Shown in pieces: positions 10,783 through 24,419 of a stretch of DNA of 64,000 nucleotides. Below the pieces are notes generated by a model. It worked only from the letters and a program-made list of their open reading frames with translations, had not been told where the DNA came from and did no database searches. Numbering within the stretch: position 1 is the first letter of the stretch; each line of letters begins with the position of its first letter. This DNA is from an uncultured Aquiluna sp. (GTDB lineage Bacteria > Actinomycetota > Actinomycetes > Actinomycetales > Microbacteriaceae). The position numbers and the translations under genes are program-made. Location of the stretch: NCBI GenBank assembly GCA_964614615.1, contig CAZTLT010000001.1, positions 4,745 to 68,744 on the forward strand, read 5' to 3'.

Positions 10783-12222
10783 ATGGCAACCAAATCGACC
10801 GCAGGCAACAAGCAAATAGCAGTCAACGACATCGGCTCTCAAGAGGATTTTCTAGCAGCGGTCGAAGCAACCCTCAAATTTTTCAATGACGGTGATCTGA
10901 TCGCCGGGACCGTGGTCAAAATCGACCGCGACGAAGTTTTACTTGATGTCGGTTACAAAACAGAGGGTGTTATTCCTCTTCGTGAACTTTCTATCAGACA
11001 AGACGCAAATCCAAACGACATCGTCAAAGTTGGCGAGTCAATCGAGGCATTAGTTCTCCAAAAGGAAGATAAAGAAGGTCGTCTGATTCTGAGCAAGAAG
11101 CGTGCTCAGTACGAAAAGGCTTGGGGCGATGTAGAAAAGATCAAAGAAGCTGACGGAGTAGTAAAAGGAACTGTTATTGAAGTCGTCAAGGGTGGCGTCA
11201 TTGTCGACATTGGACTTCGCGGCTTCCTACCAGCATCCCTGATTGAACTTAGAAGAGTGCGCGACCTTGGTCCATATCTTGGAACAGAGGTTGAGGCAAA
11301 GATTCTGGAGCTTGACAAAAACAGAAACAACGTTGTTCTTTCACGCCGAGCGCTGCTTGAGCAGAGCCAAAGCGAGAGCCGTACGACCATGCTGAATGAT
11401 CTAGCGAAGGGTCAGATTCGCACTGGTGTTGTGTCTTCGATTGTAAACTTCGGTGCCTTTATTGACTTGGGTGGCGTTGATGGCCTAGTGCACGTCTCAG
11501 AATTGAGCTGGAAGCATGTTGAGCACGCCAGTGAGGTAGTTGAGGTCGGACAAGAAGTTACCGTTGAGGTGCTTGAGGTTGATTCTGACCGCGAGCGCGT
11601 TTCACTGTCACTCAAGGCCACTCAAGAGGACCCATGGCAGGTATTCGCGCGAACACACGCAATCGGACAGTACATCCCAGGCAAGGTCACCAAGATTGTT
11701 CCGTTTGGAGCTTTCGTCAGAGTGGCAGACGGTATTGAGGGGCTTGTTCACATTTCCGAGCTCTCGTCGAAGCACGTTGAGCACGCTGACCAGGTTGTTA
11801 CCGTGAACCAGGATGTCTTCGTGAAGTTGATTGACATCGATCTTGAGCGTCGCAGAATCTCATTATCGCTAAAGCAGGCTGTCGATGAAGTCGATCCTGC
11901 AGGTAGTGACTTTAACCCAGTTCTATATGGAATGGCCGCAGACTATGACGAGAGTGGCAACTATCGCTACCCAGAAGGCTTTGACCCAGCCACCAACGAG
12001 TGGAAGCCCGGATACGAGGAGGCCCGCACCAAGTGGGAGGCTGACTACGCCGAGGCTCACGAGCGTTGGGAACTGCACAAAACTCAGGTGAAGGCAATGC
12101 GCGAGAAGCTTGCTGGATTGCCAGATGCCCAGCCTGCTGAGTCAGTTCAATCGCCAGAAGGTTCGCTTTCACAAGACGAGTCACTAGCGTCACTTAGGGA
12201 CCAGCTAGCAGAAGACAAGTAG
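10783..12222 (+). CDS. rpsA: 30S ribosomal protein S1
   Basis: Four S1 repeats; actinobacterial N-terminus QIAVNDIGS..FLAA; start moved to ATG 10783. Confidence 0.97.
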   Translation: MATKSTAGNKQIAVNDIGSQEDFLAAVEATLKFFNDGDLIAGTVVKIDRDEVLLDVGYKTEGVIPLRELSIRQDANPNDIVKVGESIEALVLQKEDKEGRLILSKKRAQYEKAWGDVEKIKEADGVVKGTVIEVVKGGVIVDIGLRGFLPASLIELRRVRDLGPYLGTEVEAKILELDKNRNNVVLSRRALLEQSQSESRTTMLNDLAKGQIRTGVVSSIVNFGAFIDLGGVDGLVHVSELSWKHVEHASEVVEVGQEVTVEVLEVDSDRERVSLSLKATQEDPWQVFARTHAIGQYIPGKVTKIVPFGAFVRVADGIEGLVHISELSSKHVEHADQVVTVNQDVFVKLIDIDLERRRISLSLKQAVDEVDPAGSDFNPVLYGMAADYDESGNYRYPEGFDPATNEWKPGYEEARTKWEADYAEAHERWELHKTQVKAMREKLAGLPDAQPAESVQSPEGSLSQDESLASLRDQLAEDK

Positions 12223-12250
12223 GCAGAGAAATCAGGCCTATTCTGGTTAG

Positions 12251-12832
12251 ATGCTAATCGCGCTAACCGGTGGAATTGGGTCTGGTAAGTCGACGGTGGC
12301 CGCCGAGTGGGTTCGCCTAGGTGCACGTGAAATCGATGCTGACCAGCTTGCCAGGGAAGTTGTAGAGCCGGGTAGCCGGGGGCTCGCAATGCTTGTCGAT
12401 GAGTTCGGTGAACAAGTACTTGATGCCAACGATAGCTTGAACCGTGCGAAGCTTGCAGAAATGAGCTTCTCAGATCCGTCAATTCGCAAACGTGTCGAAG
12501 CTATCTTGCACCCTCTTATTCAAGCCCTCGCTTTGCAGAGAACCAGTGAAAATTCGCAAGGCGTAACGGTGTATACGATTCCTTTATTGGTTGAGACCAA
12601 GTCTCCGCTCAAATTTGACAAAGTTGTCACCATCAGTTGCCCTGAAGAGGTCAGGTTGGAGCGGCTTATCAAGCGAGGACTTAGACGGGAAGACGCTGTC
12701 AAGCGCATCTCCGCCCAAGCCTCGGATAATGAGCGGGAAAGAGTGGCGGACTTGGTTATAGATTCAAACTGCAGTCTTGAAGAATTACTAGTTCGGTCTC
12801 GATCAGCATATGGGACGCTCGTCAATGGATGA
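12251..12832 (+). CDS. coaE: Dephospho-CoA kinase
   Basis: [13 protein letters not shown]-loop, IDAD, LNRAKLA, ILHP, IPLLVE. Confidence 0.95.
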   Translation: MLIALTGGIGSGKSTVAAEWVRLGAREIDADQLAREVVEPGSRGLAMLVDEFGEQVLDANDSLNRAKLAEMSFSDPSIRKRVEAILHPLIQALALQRTSENSQGVTVYTIPLLVETKSPLKFDKVVTISCPEEVRLERLIKRGLRREDAVKRISAQASDNERERVADLVIDSNCSLEELLVRSRSAYGTLVNG

Positions 12833-14888
12833 GTCAATTCCGTTCAAGGTAGTTAGCGAATACAGCCCCTCGGGGGATCAGCCCAAGGCCATCGATCAGC
12901 TCGAAAAGAGGCTTAGGGCAGGAGAGCGAGACGTGGTCTTACTCGGGGCCACTGGAACGGGAAAGTCCGCAACCACAGCCTGGCTAATCGAGAGACTTCA
13001 AAGACCAACACTGGTAATCGCTCACAACAAAACTCTGGCAGCTCAGCTGGCTAGCGAGCTTAGGGAACTCTTCCCAAACAATGCAGTCGAATACTTCGTC
13101 AGTTACTACGACTATTACCAGCCTGAAGCGTATGTTCCGCAAACAGACACATTTATCGAAAAGGACTCCACTATCAATGAAGAGGTTGAGCGACTTCGAT
13201 ATTCAGCCACCATGTCACTCCTTTCAAGAAGAGATGTAATTGTTGTCGCTACAGTTTCCTGTATTTATGGGCTTGGAGCACCAAAAGAGTACTTAGCTCA
13301 ATCTTTACCACTTCGGGTTGGGCAGAGAATTGATCGGGATGAACTAATACGTGGACTGGTAAACATTCAGTATCAAAGAAACGATGTGGACTTCACCAGG
13401 GGTAACTTTCGAGTCAAGGGCGACACGGTCGAAGTGATTGCTATTTATGATCAAGAAGCCACCAGAATCGAATTCTTTGGCGACGAAATCGAAAAGATTT
13501 ACCGGATCAATCCTTTGACTGGCGAGGTATTGATGGAGCGTCAGTCGGTCGCAATTTACCCAGCTTCCTACTATGTTGCACCCGCTGAACAAATGGGACG
13601 AGCAATAGAGGCGATCGAAGAGGAGCTCGAGGGTCGCTTTCGTGAACTAGAAAAGCAGGGGAAACTGCTTGAAGCACAGCGCATAAAAATGCGAACAACC
13701 TTTGATCTTGAGATGATCAAGGAGCTTGGCTTCTGTTCAGGAATTGAGAATTACTCTCGTCACATCGACGGGCGAGAACAGGGTGAGCCTCCCGCTTGTC
13801 TTTTGGACTATTTCCCCGATGATTTTCTTACTGTTATTGATGAGTCGCATGTCACAATTCCCCAAATTCGAGCAATGCACAATGGGGATCAATCTCGCAA
13901 ACGAACCTTGGTCGAATATGGATTTCGACTTCCTTCGGCCTTGGATAATCGGCCGTTACGGTTTGATGAATTCCTCGCCAGAACTGGACAGACTGTTTAT
14001 CTCTCCGCTACTCCCGCGCAATATGAACTTGACCTGTCTGACGGGGTAGTTGAGCAGATCATTAGACCTACCGGCCTGGTTGATCCAAAAATTGTGGTAA
14101 AGCCATCACGTGGGCAAATCGATGATCTCATGGAGGAGATCAAGCTTCGAACCGAGAAGAATGAACGCGTTCTGGTAACGACCCTTACCAAAAGACTTGC
14201 AGAAGAGGTAACTGATTACCTAACAGAAATGGGAATTCGTGTTCGCTACATGCACTCAGACGTAGATACTTTGAGACGCGTCGAGCTACTTCGAGAGCTG
14301 AGGCAGGGAATTTACGACGTCTTGGTAGGAATTAACCTGCTTCGAGAAGGACTTGACCTCCCAGAAGTATCCCTTGTTTCCATTCTCGACGCTGATAAGG
14401 AAGGTTTCTTGAGGTCAACGACTGCCCTTATCCAAACAATCGGCCGTGCAGCCCGCAATGTTGGTGGGGAAGTGCACATGTATGCAGACAGAATTACAGA
14501 TTCAATGCGCAAAGCCATTGATGAAACAAACCGTCGCCGGGATATCCAAATCGAATATAACCGGGCCAATAACATCGATCCGCAGCCACTGAGAAAGAAG
14601 ATCGCGGACATCACAGACGTTTTGGTGAGGGAGGAGGTCGATACAGAAGCACTGATGGAACAAATGAAGAAGACTCCCAAGGGCAAAACTTCTGTTTCGC
14701 CAATCAGAGGCCGTAAAGACATTGGGAAGGCTGGTCGCGAACAACTCCTCCAAACAATCCTTGAGCTAGACGCCCAAATGAAGGCTTCAGCAGCGGCTTT
14801 GAATTTTGAGCTTGCGGCCCGTATTCGCGATGAAATCGCTGAGCTAAAGCGTGAGCTGAGGCAATTTGATGCTGCTGGCCACGCATAG
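12825..14888 (+). CDS. uvrB: Excinuclease ABC subunit B
   Basis: [28 protein letters not shown]-terminal UVR coil; start at 12825 or 12810 uncertain. Confidence 0.98.
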   Translation: MDESIPFKVVSEYSPSGDQPKAIDQLEKRLRAGERDVVLLGATGTGKSATTAWLIERLQRPTLVIAHNKTLAAQLASELRELFPNNAVEYFVSYYDYYQPEAYVPQTDTFIEKDSTINEEVERLRYSATMSLLSRRDVIVVATVSCIYGLGAPKEYLAQSLPLRVGQRIDRDELIRGLVNIQYQRNDVDFTRGNFRVKGDTVEVIAIYDQEATRIEFFGDEIEKIYRINPLTGEVLMERQSVAIYPASYYVAPAEQMGRAIEAIEEELEGRFRELEKQGKLLEAQRIKMRTTFDLEMIKELGFCSGIENYSRHIDGREQGEPPACLLDYFPDDFLTVIDESHVTIPQIRAMHNGDQSRKRTLVEYGFRLPSALDNRPLRFDEFLARTGQTVYLSATPAQYELDLSDGVVEQIIRPTGLVDPKIVVKPSRGQIDDLMEEIKLRTEKNERVLVTTLTKRLAEEVTDYLTEMGIRVRYMHSDVDTLRRVELLRELRQGIYDVLVGINLLREGLDLPEVSLVSILDADKEGFLRSTTALIQTIGRAARNVGGEVHMYADRITDSMRKAIDETNRRRDIQIEYNRANNIDPQPLRKKIADITDVLVREEVDTEALMEQMKKTPKGKTSVSPIRGRKDIGKAGREQLLQTILELDAQMKASAAALNFELAARIRDEIAELKRELRQFDAAGHA

Positions 14889-14897
14889 ACTTCTACG

Positions 14898-17750
14898 GTG
14901 ATAATTCAGACGCCCCCGGGAAGCAAGCTTTCGATTCGTGGCGCGAGAGTGCACAACCTTAAGAACCTAAACCTTGAGGTGCCCAGGGATGCACTGATTG
15001 TCTTCACTGGCTTATCAGGATCTGGTAAGTCGTCGCTTGCTTTTGACACGATATTTGCTGAAGGGCAGCGCAGATACGTAGAGTCGCTATCTGCCTACGC
15101 AAGACAATTTCTAGGCCAAGTTGACCGACCAGACGTTGACTTTATTGAGGGTCTGTCGCCGGCTGTTTCAATCGACCAAAAGTCCACCAACCGCAATCCC
15201 AGATCAACCGTCGGGACAATCACAGAAATTCACGATTATTTGCGCCTTCTATGGAGTCGAATCGGTGTACCGCACTGTCCTGAGTGTGGCGAGGCTATTT
15301 CAAAGCAGACGCCACAGGCAATTGTTGATCAGCTTCTCGCTATGGAGGAGGGAACCAAATTCCAATTGCTGGCCCCGATTGTGCAACAAAAAAAGGGAGC
15401 CTTTGAAGACCTATTTGCGTCGCTCCAGTCCCAAGGATTCGCCCGAGCAGTCGTAGACGGCGAAACGATTGTTTTAGCCGATGCAAAGCCACTCAAGAAA
15501 AGTTATAAGCATGACATCTCAGTAGTAGTAGACAGGCTAGTCGTGAAGGGCGAGTCTTCTAGTCGAATAACTGATTCAGTAGAAACCGCCCTTAAGCTGG
15601 CTGATGGCCGCGTGATTGTCGATTTTGTTGATCAGAAGCGGCAGCGAACTTTCAGTGAGAAGTTGAGTTGTCCAAATGAACACGAAATCTATCTAACTGA
15701 GATTGAGCCTAGGACTTTCTCATTTAATGCTCCCTTTGGAGCTTGTCCCGACTGCACGGGTCTAGGAACCAAAATGGCTGTAGACGCTGAACTCGTGATC
15801 GGGGATCCAGAGAGTTCAATCAGCGATGGCGTAATAATTCCCTGGTCTACGCAAGGCAAAGGTCTCTACTCCTACTTCACACGACTCCTGCAAGGCCTAG
15901 CTAAAGAATTGGACTTTAGTCTTAAGACTCCCTGGAACAAACTTCCTAAGCGAATCCGAGATGCCGTTTTATACGGAAACGATTTTGAAGTTCAAGTTAA
16001 GTGGCGATCAAAATACGGTAGGGAGATGCGCTACACGTCAGGTTTTGAAGGTGTCCTTCCGTATGTCGAACGCCGCTATCAAGAGTCGGATTCTGATTGG
16101 GCAAGGGGAAAGTGGGCCGAATTCCTCCGAGAAGTACCATGCCCGGCATGTGAAGGGGCCCGACTAAGACCTGAGGTTCTAGCCGTAAAGGTACACGGGA
16201 AGTCAATTCACGATGTTGCTCAGTTGTCTTTGTCTCAAGCGCACAACTTCTTTGAGGGTCTCAAACTGACTAAGCGCGAGGCAACCATCGCCGCGCAGGT
16301 GCTGCGGGAAATCCGTGCTCGTTTAGATTTTCTATTGGCTGTTGGGCTTGACTACCTCTCCCTTGAGCGCTCTGCCGGCTCATTGTCGGGCGGTGAGGCG
16401 CAGAGAATTCGATTGGCTACCCAAATCGGTGCTGGCCTCACTGGCGTTCTATACGTTCTTGATGAACCATCTATTGGTCTTCATCAAAGAGACAACCGCA
16501 GGCTAATTGAAACGCTAATTAAGCTTCGCGACCTTGGAAATACCTTGATTGTTGTAGAACACGACGAGGACACCATTCGAGCGGCGGATTGGCTAGTGGA
16601 CATTGGGCCTGGGGCCGGGGCTCACGGTGGTGAGGTGGTCCACAGTGGATCCTACGAGGCGATTCTGACCAATAAGGCTTCAGTAACGGGAGACTATCTC
16701 GCTGGCCGGATCAAAATAGAAACACCGAAGAAGCGCCGCAAACCTAGCGGCAGCTCAATCAAGGTAGTTGGAGCCAAGGAAAATAACCTAAAGAATCTAG
16801 ATGTCGAATTTCCGCTTGGCGTTATGACAGCCGTCACGGGAGTTAGTGGATCGGGTAAATCGTCTCTCGTTAACGATGTTCTCTACGAGACCTTGGCAAT
16901 TAAGTTGAACGGGTCCAAGGGGGTTGCCGGCAAGCACACCAGAATCACTGGGCTTGATCAATTGGACAAAGTGGTCCACGTCGACCAAGCTCCAATCGGC
17001 AGGACTCCAAGATCTAATCCAGCAACTTACACCGGTGTTTTTGATCACATCCGAAAGTTGTTTGCCGAAACACCAGAGGCCAAAGTAAGGGGGTATCAGC
17101 AGGGGAGATTCTCCTTTAATGTCAAAGGCGGCCGATGTGAGAATTGCGCTGGTGATGGAACCATTCGCATAGAGATGAATTTTCTTCCCGACGTCTACGT
17201 CACCTGCGAGGAGTGTAAAGGGGCTCGCTACAACCGTGAGACTTTACAGGTTCACTTCAAGGGAAAGACCATCGGGGACGTTCTAAACATGCCCATCAGT
17301 GAGGCCGCGGAATTCTTTGCCCCAATTAACTCAATTGCTCGCTACCTCAATACCCTGGTCGACGTTGGACTGGGCTACGTGCGACTGGGGCAAAGTGCCA
17401 CCACTCTTTCTGGTGGGGAAGCCCAGCGAGTTAAGCTTGCGACCGAATTGCAGCGTAGGGCTACTGGCAAGACCATCTACGTCTTAGATGAGCCCACCAC
17501 TGGACTTCATTTTGAAGATGTAAGAAAGCTATTGCTAGTGCTGAATTCTCTAGTTGAGCGAGGTAACACCGTGATTGTCATAGAGCACAATCTGGATGTA
17601 ATTAGATCGGCGGATTGGATAATTGATTTAGGACCCGAGGGTGGATCAGGTGGTGGCACCATCGTAGCTCAGGGTACTCCGGAAGCGGTCGCAAAAAACA
17701 AAGCAAGCCATACAGGAAAGTTTCTAGCTGACATTTTGGCAAATGAGTGA
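14898..17750 (+). CDS. uvrA: Excinuclease ABC subunit A
   Basis: Two ABC ATPase modules ([24 protein letters not shown] twice) and Zn-finger Cys pairs. Confidence 0.98.
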   Translation: MIIQTPPGSKLSIRGARVHNLKNLNLEVPRDALIVFTGLSGSGKSSLAFDTIFAEGQRRYVESLSAYARQFLGQVDRPDVDFIEGLSPAVSIDQKSTNRNPRSTVGTITEIHDYLRLLWSRIGVPHCPECGEAISKQTPQAIVDQLLAMEEGTKFQLLAPIVQQKKGAFEDLFASLQSQGFARAVVDGETIVLADAKPLKKSYKHDISVVVDRLVVKGESSSRITDSVETALKLADGRVIVDFVDQKRQRTFSEKLSCPNEHEIYLTEIEPRTFSFNAPFGACPDCTGLGTKMAVDAELVIGDPESSISDGVIIPWSTQGKGLYSYFTRLLQGLAKELDFSLKTPWNKLPKRIRDAVLYGNDFEVQVKWRSKYGREMRYTSGFEGVLPYVERRYQESDSDWARGKWAEFLREVPCPACEGARLRPEVLAVKVHGKSIHDVAQLSLSQAHNFFEGLKLTKREATIAAQVLREIRARLDFLLAVGLDYLSLERSAGSLSGGEAQRIRLATQIGAGLTGVLYVLDEPSIGLHQRDNRRLIETLIKLRDLGNTLIVVEHDEDTIRAADWLVDIGPGAGAHGGEVVHSGSYEAILTNKASVTGDYLAGRIKIETPKKRRKPSGSSIKVVGAKENNLKNLDVEFPLGVMTAVTGVSGSGKSSLVNDVLYETLAIKLNGSKGVAGKHTRITGLDQLDKVVHVDQAPIGRTPRSNPATYTGVFDHIRKLFAETPEAKVRGYQQGRFSFNVKGGRCENCAGDGTIRIEMNFLPDVYVTCEECKGARYNRETLQVHFKGKTIGDVLNMPISEAAEFFAPINSIARYLNTLVDVGLGYVRLGQSATTLSGGEAQRVKLATELQRRATGKTIYVLDEPTTGLHFEDVRKLLLVLNSLVERGNTVIVIEHNLDVIRSADWIIDLGPEGGSGGGTIVAQGTPEAVAKNKASHTGKFLADILANE

Positions 17751-19587
17751 TCTTCGATTCAGGCCAAACACTTCTGAGATTCCAACTAATCCAGGGGTGT
17801 ATCGCTTCATTGATGACCGAGGACGCGTCCTTTATGTTGGCAAGGCCAAGAACCTAAGAGCCCGACTCTCGAGTTACTTCGGCACCTTTGATCGTCTACA
17901 TGAGAGAACTCAGAGGATGCTGCAGGCAGCTTCTGATGTGAAATGGACCATTGTCAACACGGAATATGATGCACTCCAACTTGAATTTAGTTGGATTAAG
18001 CAATTCGAACCGCCCTTCAATATTCGCTTCCGGGACGACAAGAGTTATCCGTACATTGCAATTTCTATGTCCGAGGAAATACCAAGGGCTTTCATCACTA
18101 GAAATCGTGAGATACCGGGATTGAAATATTATGGGCCCTACACCCAGTCCTGGGCAGTCAGAGAAACCCTCGACACCCTGCTAAAAGTGTTTCCAGTCCG
18201 GAGCTGCTCAAAGGGAATATTTGATAGAGCACAGAGAGCCAATCGACCCTGTCTCTTAGCAGACATTGGCAAATGCAGCGCTCCGTGTGTTGGAAGGATA
18301 GATCTACCCGCACACAAAGCTTTGGCAAAGCAACTCGGAAGCTTTATTTCCTCTGGTGACGAGACTTACATTGCCCAACTTCGCAAGAAAATGCAGGAAA
18401 TGAGTGAAGCTGAGAATTTCGAGGCCGCTGCAAACTTTCGTGACGACGTGGCGGCCCTTGAAAAAATTCTTGAAAAGTCTTCGATCGTCCTTTCCGATCA
18501 GACAGACGCCGACTTTATTGGTTTGGCTAGAGACGAGCTTTCAGCAGCAATTGCCATATTCAATGTTCGAGGCGGCAGAATCAGAGGTGCCAGAGGCATG
18601 GTCGTTGACTTGGAACTTGAGAGAGATGACGCAGAGCTTATTGAATATGTTCTTCACCAAATCTATAACCAACCAAAATCAGCTGAACCAATTGAAGTCC
18701 CAAAGTCAATTTATGTTCCTGTACTACCCAAAGAATCCAGGGAACTTTCGCTGTGGTTAAGCGAGATTCGAAAATCGAAGGCTGAGATTTTGGTTGCTCA
18801 ACGTGGTGAAAAATCGGTCCTGGCAAAAACGGTCGAAACTAACGCCCTGCAGTCGCTTCAGTCCTACAAACTCAAGAGAACAGCTGACTTTGCTGCAAGA
18901 GCTGATGCGTTGGCTGGTCTACAAAAGGGCCTGGGTATGGCCACAGCACCCCTTCGAATTGAGTGTTTCGACATCTCGCATTTAGCGGGGACAGGAACAG
19001 TTGGATCTATGGTGGTGTTTGAGGATGGACTACCCCGGAAGAACCAGTATCGAAAATTTAACTTGGAGGGGACTGATGACGCAGATGCTATCTATCAAGT
19101 GCTTCGCAGGCGTCTAAAGTACCTTGAAGATGAAAGCAGCGATAAATTCAGCTATCGTCCCAGTCTTATCTTGATTGATGGTGGTATTCCGCAACGAAAT
19201 GCAGCAGCAAAAGCGCTTGCAGACTCTGGAATAGACGACATAACGGTAGCGACACTAGCCAAGAGATTAGAAGAGGTATTCACTACTTCAAGTGATAGCC
19301 CTGTTATCTTCCCCAGGTCGTCGGAGGAACTCTTTCTTTTGCAGCGCATCAGAGACGAAGCACACAGATTTGCTATCACTGCACAGCGAGCTAAGCGAAC
19401 GTCCTCGATAGCCTCAACGCTGCTGGACCTGCCCGGCCTAGGGGAAGCCAAAGTGCGGCTGCTGATTCGCAAATTTGGATCCCTGAAGCGGCTTCGGGCA
19501 GCCAGCGCTGAGGAAATAGCTGACCTACCTGGTTTTAGCCAAAGTCAGGCCAAGCGCCTGCTTGAGCAATTAGAGCAGTTGCCATAA
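17743..19587 (+). CDS. uvrC: Excinuclease ABC subunit C
   Basis: GIY-YIG (PGVY...YVGKAKNLR), [22 protein letters not shown], HhH tail. Confidence 0.97.
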   Translation: MSDLRFRPNTSEIPTNPGVYRFIDDRGRVLYVGKAKNLRARLSSYFGTFDRLHERTQRMLQAASDVKWTIVNTEYDALQLEFSWIKQFEPPFNIRFRDDKSYPYIAISMSEEIPRAFITRNREIPGLKYYGPYTQSWAVRETLDTLLKVFPVRSCSKGIFDRAQRANRPCLLADIGKCSAPCVGRIDLPAHKALAKQLGSFISSGDETYIAQLRKKMQEMSEAENFEAAANFRDDVAALEKILEKSSIVLSDQTDADFIGLARDELSAAIAIFNVRGGRIRGARGMVVDLELERDDAELIEYVLHQIYNQPKSAEPIEVPKSIYVPVLPKESRELSLWLSEIRKSKAEILVAQRGEKSVLAKTVETNALQSLQSYKLKRTADFAARADALAGLQKGLGMATAPLRIECFDISHLAGTGTVGSMVVFEDGLPRKNQYRKFNLEGTDDADAIYQVLRRRLKYLEDESSDKFSYRPSLILIDGGIPQRNAAAKALADSGIDDITVATLAKRLEEVFTTSSDSPVIFPRSSEELFLLQRIRDEAHRFAITAQRAKRTSSIASTLLDLPGLGEAKVRLLIRKFGSLKRLRAASAEEIADLPGFSQSQAKRLLEQLEQLP

Positions 19588-19590
19588 TCC

Positions 19591-19620
19591 GACACGCCCG
19601 AGATTAGAAGGCAGTAACCT
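19591..19620 (+). promoter_or_regulatory. Candidate WhiA box (GACAC) plus -10 (TAACCT) upstream of rapZ-whiA
   Basis: CCGACACGCC at 19589-19598; GACAC ends 19 nt before TAACCT; GACAC is the established WhiA recognition motif. Confidence 0.5.
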
Positions 19621-19636
19621 TGTTCCCGTCAGGGGA

Positions 19637-20512
19637 GTGATGAGTCAGACCAGAAAGCCGGAATTACTCGTAGTAACCGGAATGTCAGGAGCAGGGCGCT
19701 CAACAGTTGGCAACGCTCTGGAGGATCAGGGTTGGTATGTCATAGACAATCTGCCGCCACAGATGCTCGGACCGATGAGTGACCTGTTTGCTCTTAGCAA
19801 GGCGAAGTTGCCAAAGATTGCTGTTATCACTGACGTCAGAGGTGGGGAATTTTTCTCAGAGCTTCAGAGCAGGATAAATGACCTAAAGAACAGAGAGATC
19901 GCCGTCCGTCTTCTCTTTCTAGAAGCAAGCGATTCAGCTCTAGTCAAGCGTTTTGAATCTGTCCGCCGACCTCACCCGCTGCAAGGTAATGGGACGATAC
20001 TTGATGGGATAGGTCGTGAACGCGCGGAACTGGTCGGCCTGCGGGAGAGCGCGGATCTCATTTTTGATACATCTGATTCCAATGTTCATCAGCTCACCAA
20101 CAGGGTGGCAGAGGCATTTTCAGACAACGCCAATTTTTTGAGGGTAAACGTAATCAGCTTTGGATTTAAGTATGGAATCCCTGTTGACGCTGACTTGGTG
20201 GCAGATGCCAGGTTCATACCCAATCCGCATTGGGATGAGCAGTTGCGGTCAATGACCGGAAATGACCCTTTAGTTAGTGATTTCGTCCTGAGGCAAGAGG
20301 GAGTTCAAGGATTTATTGACAGCTATGTGGCAGCTCTTGAGGTAGTACTCAAAGGTTACCGAGCAGAGAACAAGCGCTTTGCAACGATAGCTATTGGCTG
20401 CACCGGTGGGAAGCACAGATCCGTGGCAATCGCCAATGAAATCGGTAGGCGTTTGAGTGCAGTTGCAGATGCTACTATCACGGTTGCACATCGAGACTTG
20501 GGCAAGGAATAA
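19637..20512 (+). CDS. rapZ: RNase adapter RapZ / YvcJ-family P-loop protein
   Basis: [32 protein letters not shown]. Confidence 0.95.
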   Translation: MMSQTRKPELLVVTGMSGAGRSTVGNALEDQGWYVIDNLPPQMLGPMSDLFALSKAKLPKIAVITDVRGGEFFSELQSRINDLKNREIAVRLLFLEASDSALVKRFESVRRPHPLQGNGTILDGIGRERAELVGLRESADLIFDTSDSNVHQLTNRVAEAFSDNANFLRVNVISFGFKYGIPVDADLVADARFIPNPHWDEQLRSMTGNDPLVSDFVLRQEGVQGFIDSYVAALEVVLKGYRAENKRFATIAIGCTGGKHRSVAIANEIGRRLSAVADATITVAHRDLGKE

Positions 20513-20513
20513 C

Positions 20514-21491
20514 GTGGCAATCACACAAGCGATTAAGGAAGAACTGGCTCGAGTTCAGCCCGTCAACGGACTCGTCCGCGCTGCAGAGCTGGCAACTATT
20601 CTTAGGTTCTGTGGGGGATTGCACTTAATTTCTGGACGGATTGCAATTGAGGTAGAGATCGAATCAGCCTCGGTCGCTAAGCGAATCGCCAAGGCAATCT
20701 CAGAACTTTACGGAATTAGTGCTGACGTTACTGTCGTTCAAGCGGGAGGACTTAGAAGAAGCAGTGGATACCAGATACGTGTGATGCGCGATGGTGAGCT
20801 GCTAGCTAGGCAAACTGGACTAATTGATAATCGAGGTCGGCCGGTGCGCGGACTACCTTCCACTCTCGTATCTTCAACCATGGACGAGGCAAGAGCTATC
20901 TGGCGGGGAGCATTTCTTGCACAAGGATCCCTAACTGATCCCGGAAGATCAACTTCGCTGGAAGTGGTTGCCCCCGGCAACGAATCGGCGATGGCACTAG
21001 TAGGAGTCGCACGAAGGTTAGGCGTAAACGCCAAGGCGCGAGAAGTTCGTAATGTTTTTAGAGTCGTTGTGCGTGACGGTGAGGGAATAGCTGACTTGCT
21101 GCGCGAGATGGGTTGCATCGAGCAACTGGATAAGTGGGAAGAGCTTAGAAATCGACGAGAGGTGCGCGGCGCGGCGAATCGCCTCGCAAATTTTGATGAT
21201 GCAAACCTTAGACGCAGTGCTCAGGCAGCCGTTGCAGCAAGCGCCAGAGTTCAACGGGCATTAGAAATTCTTGGACCAGAGGCTCCGGCGCATCTGAAAT
21301 ATGCTGGAGAGCTGCGACTTAAGCACAAAGATGCTTCTTTAGATGAGCTTGGTCGGCTAGCAGAGCCACCAATGACTAAGGATGCAGTAGCGGGAAGAAT
21401 CCGAAGATTGTTGGCAACGGCCGATCGCAGGGCGCAGGAGCTCGGCATTCCCGATACTGAATCTGCGATTGCTGACTTGCTAGAGGAATAA
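20514..21491 (+). CDS. whiA: DNA-binding protein WhiA
   Basis: [40 protein letters not shown]; start GTG 20514 directly after rapZ stop. Confidence 0.95.
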   Translation: MAITQAIKEELARVQPVNGLVRAAELATILRFCGGLHLISGRIAIEVEIESASVAKRIAKAISELYGISADVTVVQAGGLRRSSGYQIRVMRDGELLARQTGLIDNRGRPVRGLPSTLVSSTMDEARAIWRGAFLAQGSLTDPGRSTSLEVVAPGNESAMALVGVARRLGVNAKAREVRNVFRVVVRDGEGIADLLREMGCIEQLDKWEELRNRREVRGAANRLANFDDANLRRSAQAAVAASARVQRALEILGPEAPAHLKYAGELRLKHKDASLDELGRLAEPPMTKDAVAGRIRRLLATADRRAQELGIPDTESAIADLLEE

Positions 21492-21531
21492 ATAGAGCGG
21501 TTTTACTGCTCACCTAACCAGAGAGGGAAAC

Positions 21532-22149
21532 ATGACCTACAAGCTGCCAGATTTGACCTATGACTACTCAGCCTTAGAGCCGCACATTTCTGCACGCATT
21601 ATGGAGCTTCATCACTCTAAGCACCACCAGGCTTATGTCACGGGTGCTAACGCGGCCTTGGACGCAATGGCTGAGGCAAGGGAGACAAACTCTTTCGCAA
21701 CTCTGCCGAAGCTGCAAAAAGACCTCGCATTTAATCTGGGCGGCCATGTCAATCACTCAATCTTTTGGCAGAACCTTTCGCCCGCTGGAGGAGAGGCCAC
21801 TGGCGAACTACTTTCCGCAATCAACGAATACTTTGGTTCTTTCGAGAAATTCAAGAATCACTTTTCAGCCGCTGCGGTTGGTATTCAAGGATCTGGCTGG
21901 GCTTACCTAGCATGGGATGCGCTTGGAAACCGACTAATAATTGGCCAACTTTATGACCAACAGGGCAACTTGGCGCTCGGTAGCATCCCGCTATTGATGC
22001 TTGACATGTGGGAGCACGCCTTCTATCTCGACTACCAGAATGTGAAGGCTGACTACGTAAAGGCTTTCTGGAACATTGTGAACTGGGATGACGTTGCTAG
22101 GAGATTTGGCTCAGTAAGCCTCAACAGCCGTTCGCTGCTGCTAGGCTAG
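21532..22149 (+). CDS. sodA: Superoxide dismutase (Fe/Mn)
   Basis: LHHSKHH, GHVNHSIFW, DMWEHAFY. Confidence 0.97.
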   Translation: MTYKLPDLTYDYSALEPHISARIMELHHSKHHQAYVTGANAALDAMAEARETNSFATLPKLQKDLAFNLGGHVNHSIFWQNLSPAGGEATGELLSAINEYFGSFEKFKNHFSAAAVGIQGSGWAYLAWDALGNRLIIGQLYDQQGNLALGSIPLLMLDMWEHAFYLDYQNVKADYVKAFWNIVNWDDVARRFGSVSLNSRSLLLG

Positions 22150-22179
22150 CTCCAGTCCGCCCAATGGCGCGTGGAATAG

Positions 22180-23210
<1,031 letters not shown>

Positions 23211-23211
<1 letters not shown>

Positions 23212-24419
23212 TGCTCAGGACCATCAAAGAAGCCGGCGAGCTGCGCGGCAAGCGAGTGCTTCTAAGATGCGATTTCAACGTCCCGCTTGATGGTGATCGT
23301 GTAGCAGACGATGGACGAATCAGGGCAGCAATCCCAACCATTGAGCACCTCGCCAAAGCAGGGGCCAGGGTAATCATCGTTTCGCATCTGGGGCGACCTG
23401 ATGGCAAACCAGACCCTAAATTCTCACTTCTACCAGTAGCTAAACGACTTGCCGATCTTCTGGGTCAAAGAGTTAGCTTTGCATCCGACACCGTCGGGGC
23501 ATCAGCTCAGCAAAACCTTCAACAATTGAAAGATGGAGACATCGCGCTTCTCGAGAATCTCAGATTCAATGAGGGCGAGGCATCGAAAGACGACTCTTCC
23601 AGAGGAGCATTCGCGGAACAGCTTGCAGCCTTTGCCGATCTGTTTATCAGTGATGGATTTGGAGTTGTACACAGGAAGCAAGCAAGTGTTTATGAGCTGG
23701 CGAAGCTGGTTCCGAGCTATGCGGGCTTTCTAGTCGAAAAGGAATTGGAGATTTTGCAGCGTCTAAGCGCTTCAGCGGATCGGCCCTACACGGTAATACT
23801 TGGCGGCTCGAAAGTTTCCGACAAGCTCGGTGTTATTGAGCATTTGTTGCCAAAAGTCGATCGACTGCTCATTGGTGGTGGGATGTTGTTCACTTTCCTT
23901 AGTGCCAAGGGGTTCAAGGTGGGGAAGAGCTTGCTTGAGACTGAGCAGGTGGAGAAAGTCAGAGGCTTCATCGAGCAAGCAAAGAATCTCGGAATTTCCC
24001 TTGAAATACCTTCTGATGTTGTTGTTGCAAGTAGGTTCGCCGCGGACGCTGAATTCGAAGTCGTCGACGCCGAGCGCATAGAAGACTCTAGGTTCGGAGT
24101 AGACGCCATCGGATTAGACATTGGACCAAGAACCAGCGCCAAATTCGCAGAACTCATTAGTTCCTCGAAGACTGTCTTTTGGAATGGTCCAATGGGCGTC
24201 TTTGAGTTTCCTAATTTCGCGAGCGGCACCAAGGCTGTTGCCCAGGCTCTCTCAGGAGTTTCTGGCACCTCCGTGGTTGGCGGGGGAGATTCTGCTTCTG
24301 CCGTTAGGGAGCTTGGATTTTCCGAAAACGCGTTCACACATATTTCAACTGGCGGGGGAGCGAGTCTAGAGTTTCTTGAGGGTAAATCGCTACCGGGCTT
24401 AGAGGTATTAAATGACTGA
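23211..24419 (+). CDS. pgk: Phosphoglycerate kinase
   Basis: DFNVP, SHLGRP, LLENLRF, WNGPMGVFE, STGGGASLE; TGATG overlap with gap. Confidence 0.98.

Noticed and set aside
15389-15395. In-frame A_AAA_AAG slippery heptamer in uvrA with a nearby -1 frame stop
   Set aside because: No upstream SD-like or downstream hairpin stimulator visible; the Lys-Lys codons explain it
12233-17760. LexA (SOS) boxes at the uvr genes
   Set aside because: No TCGAAC-N4-GTTCGA-like site seen by eye near the uvrB, uvrA or uvrC starts; a PWM scan would be needed to exclude weak sites
21485-21510. GGAAT-N18-GCT before sodA as a SigH promoter
   Set aside because: The -10 element deviates from GTT, and GGAAT overlaps the whiA terminal codons; too weak to call
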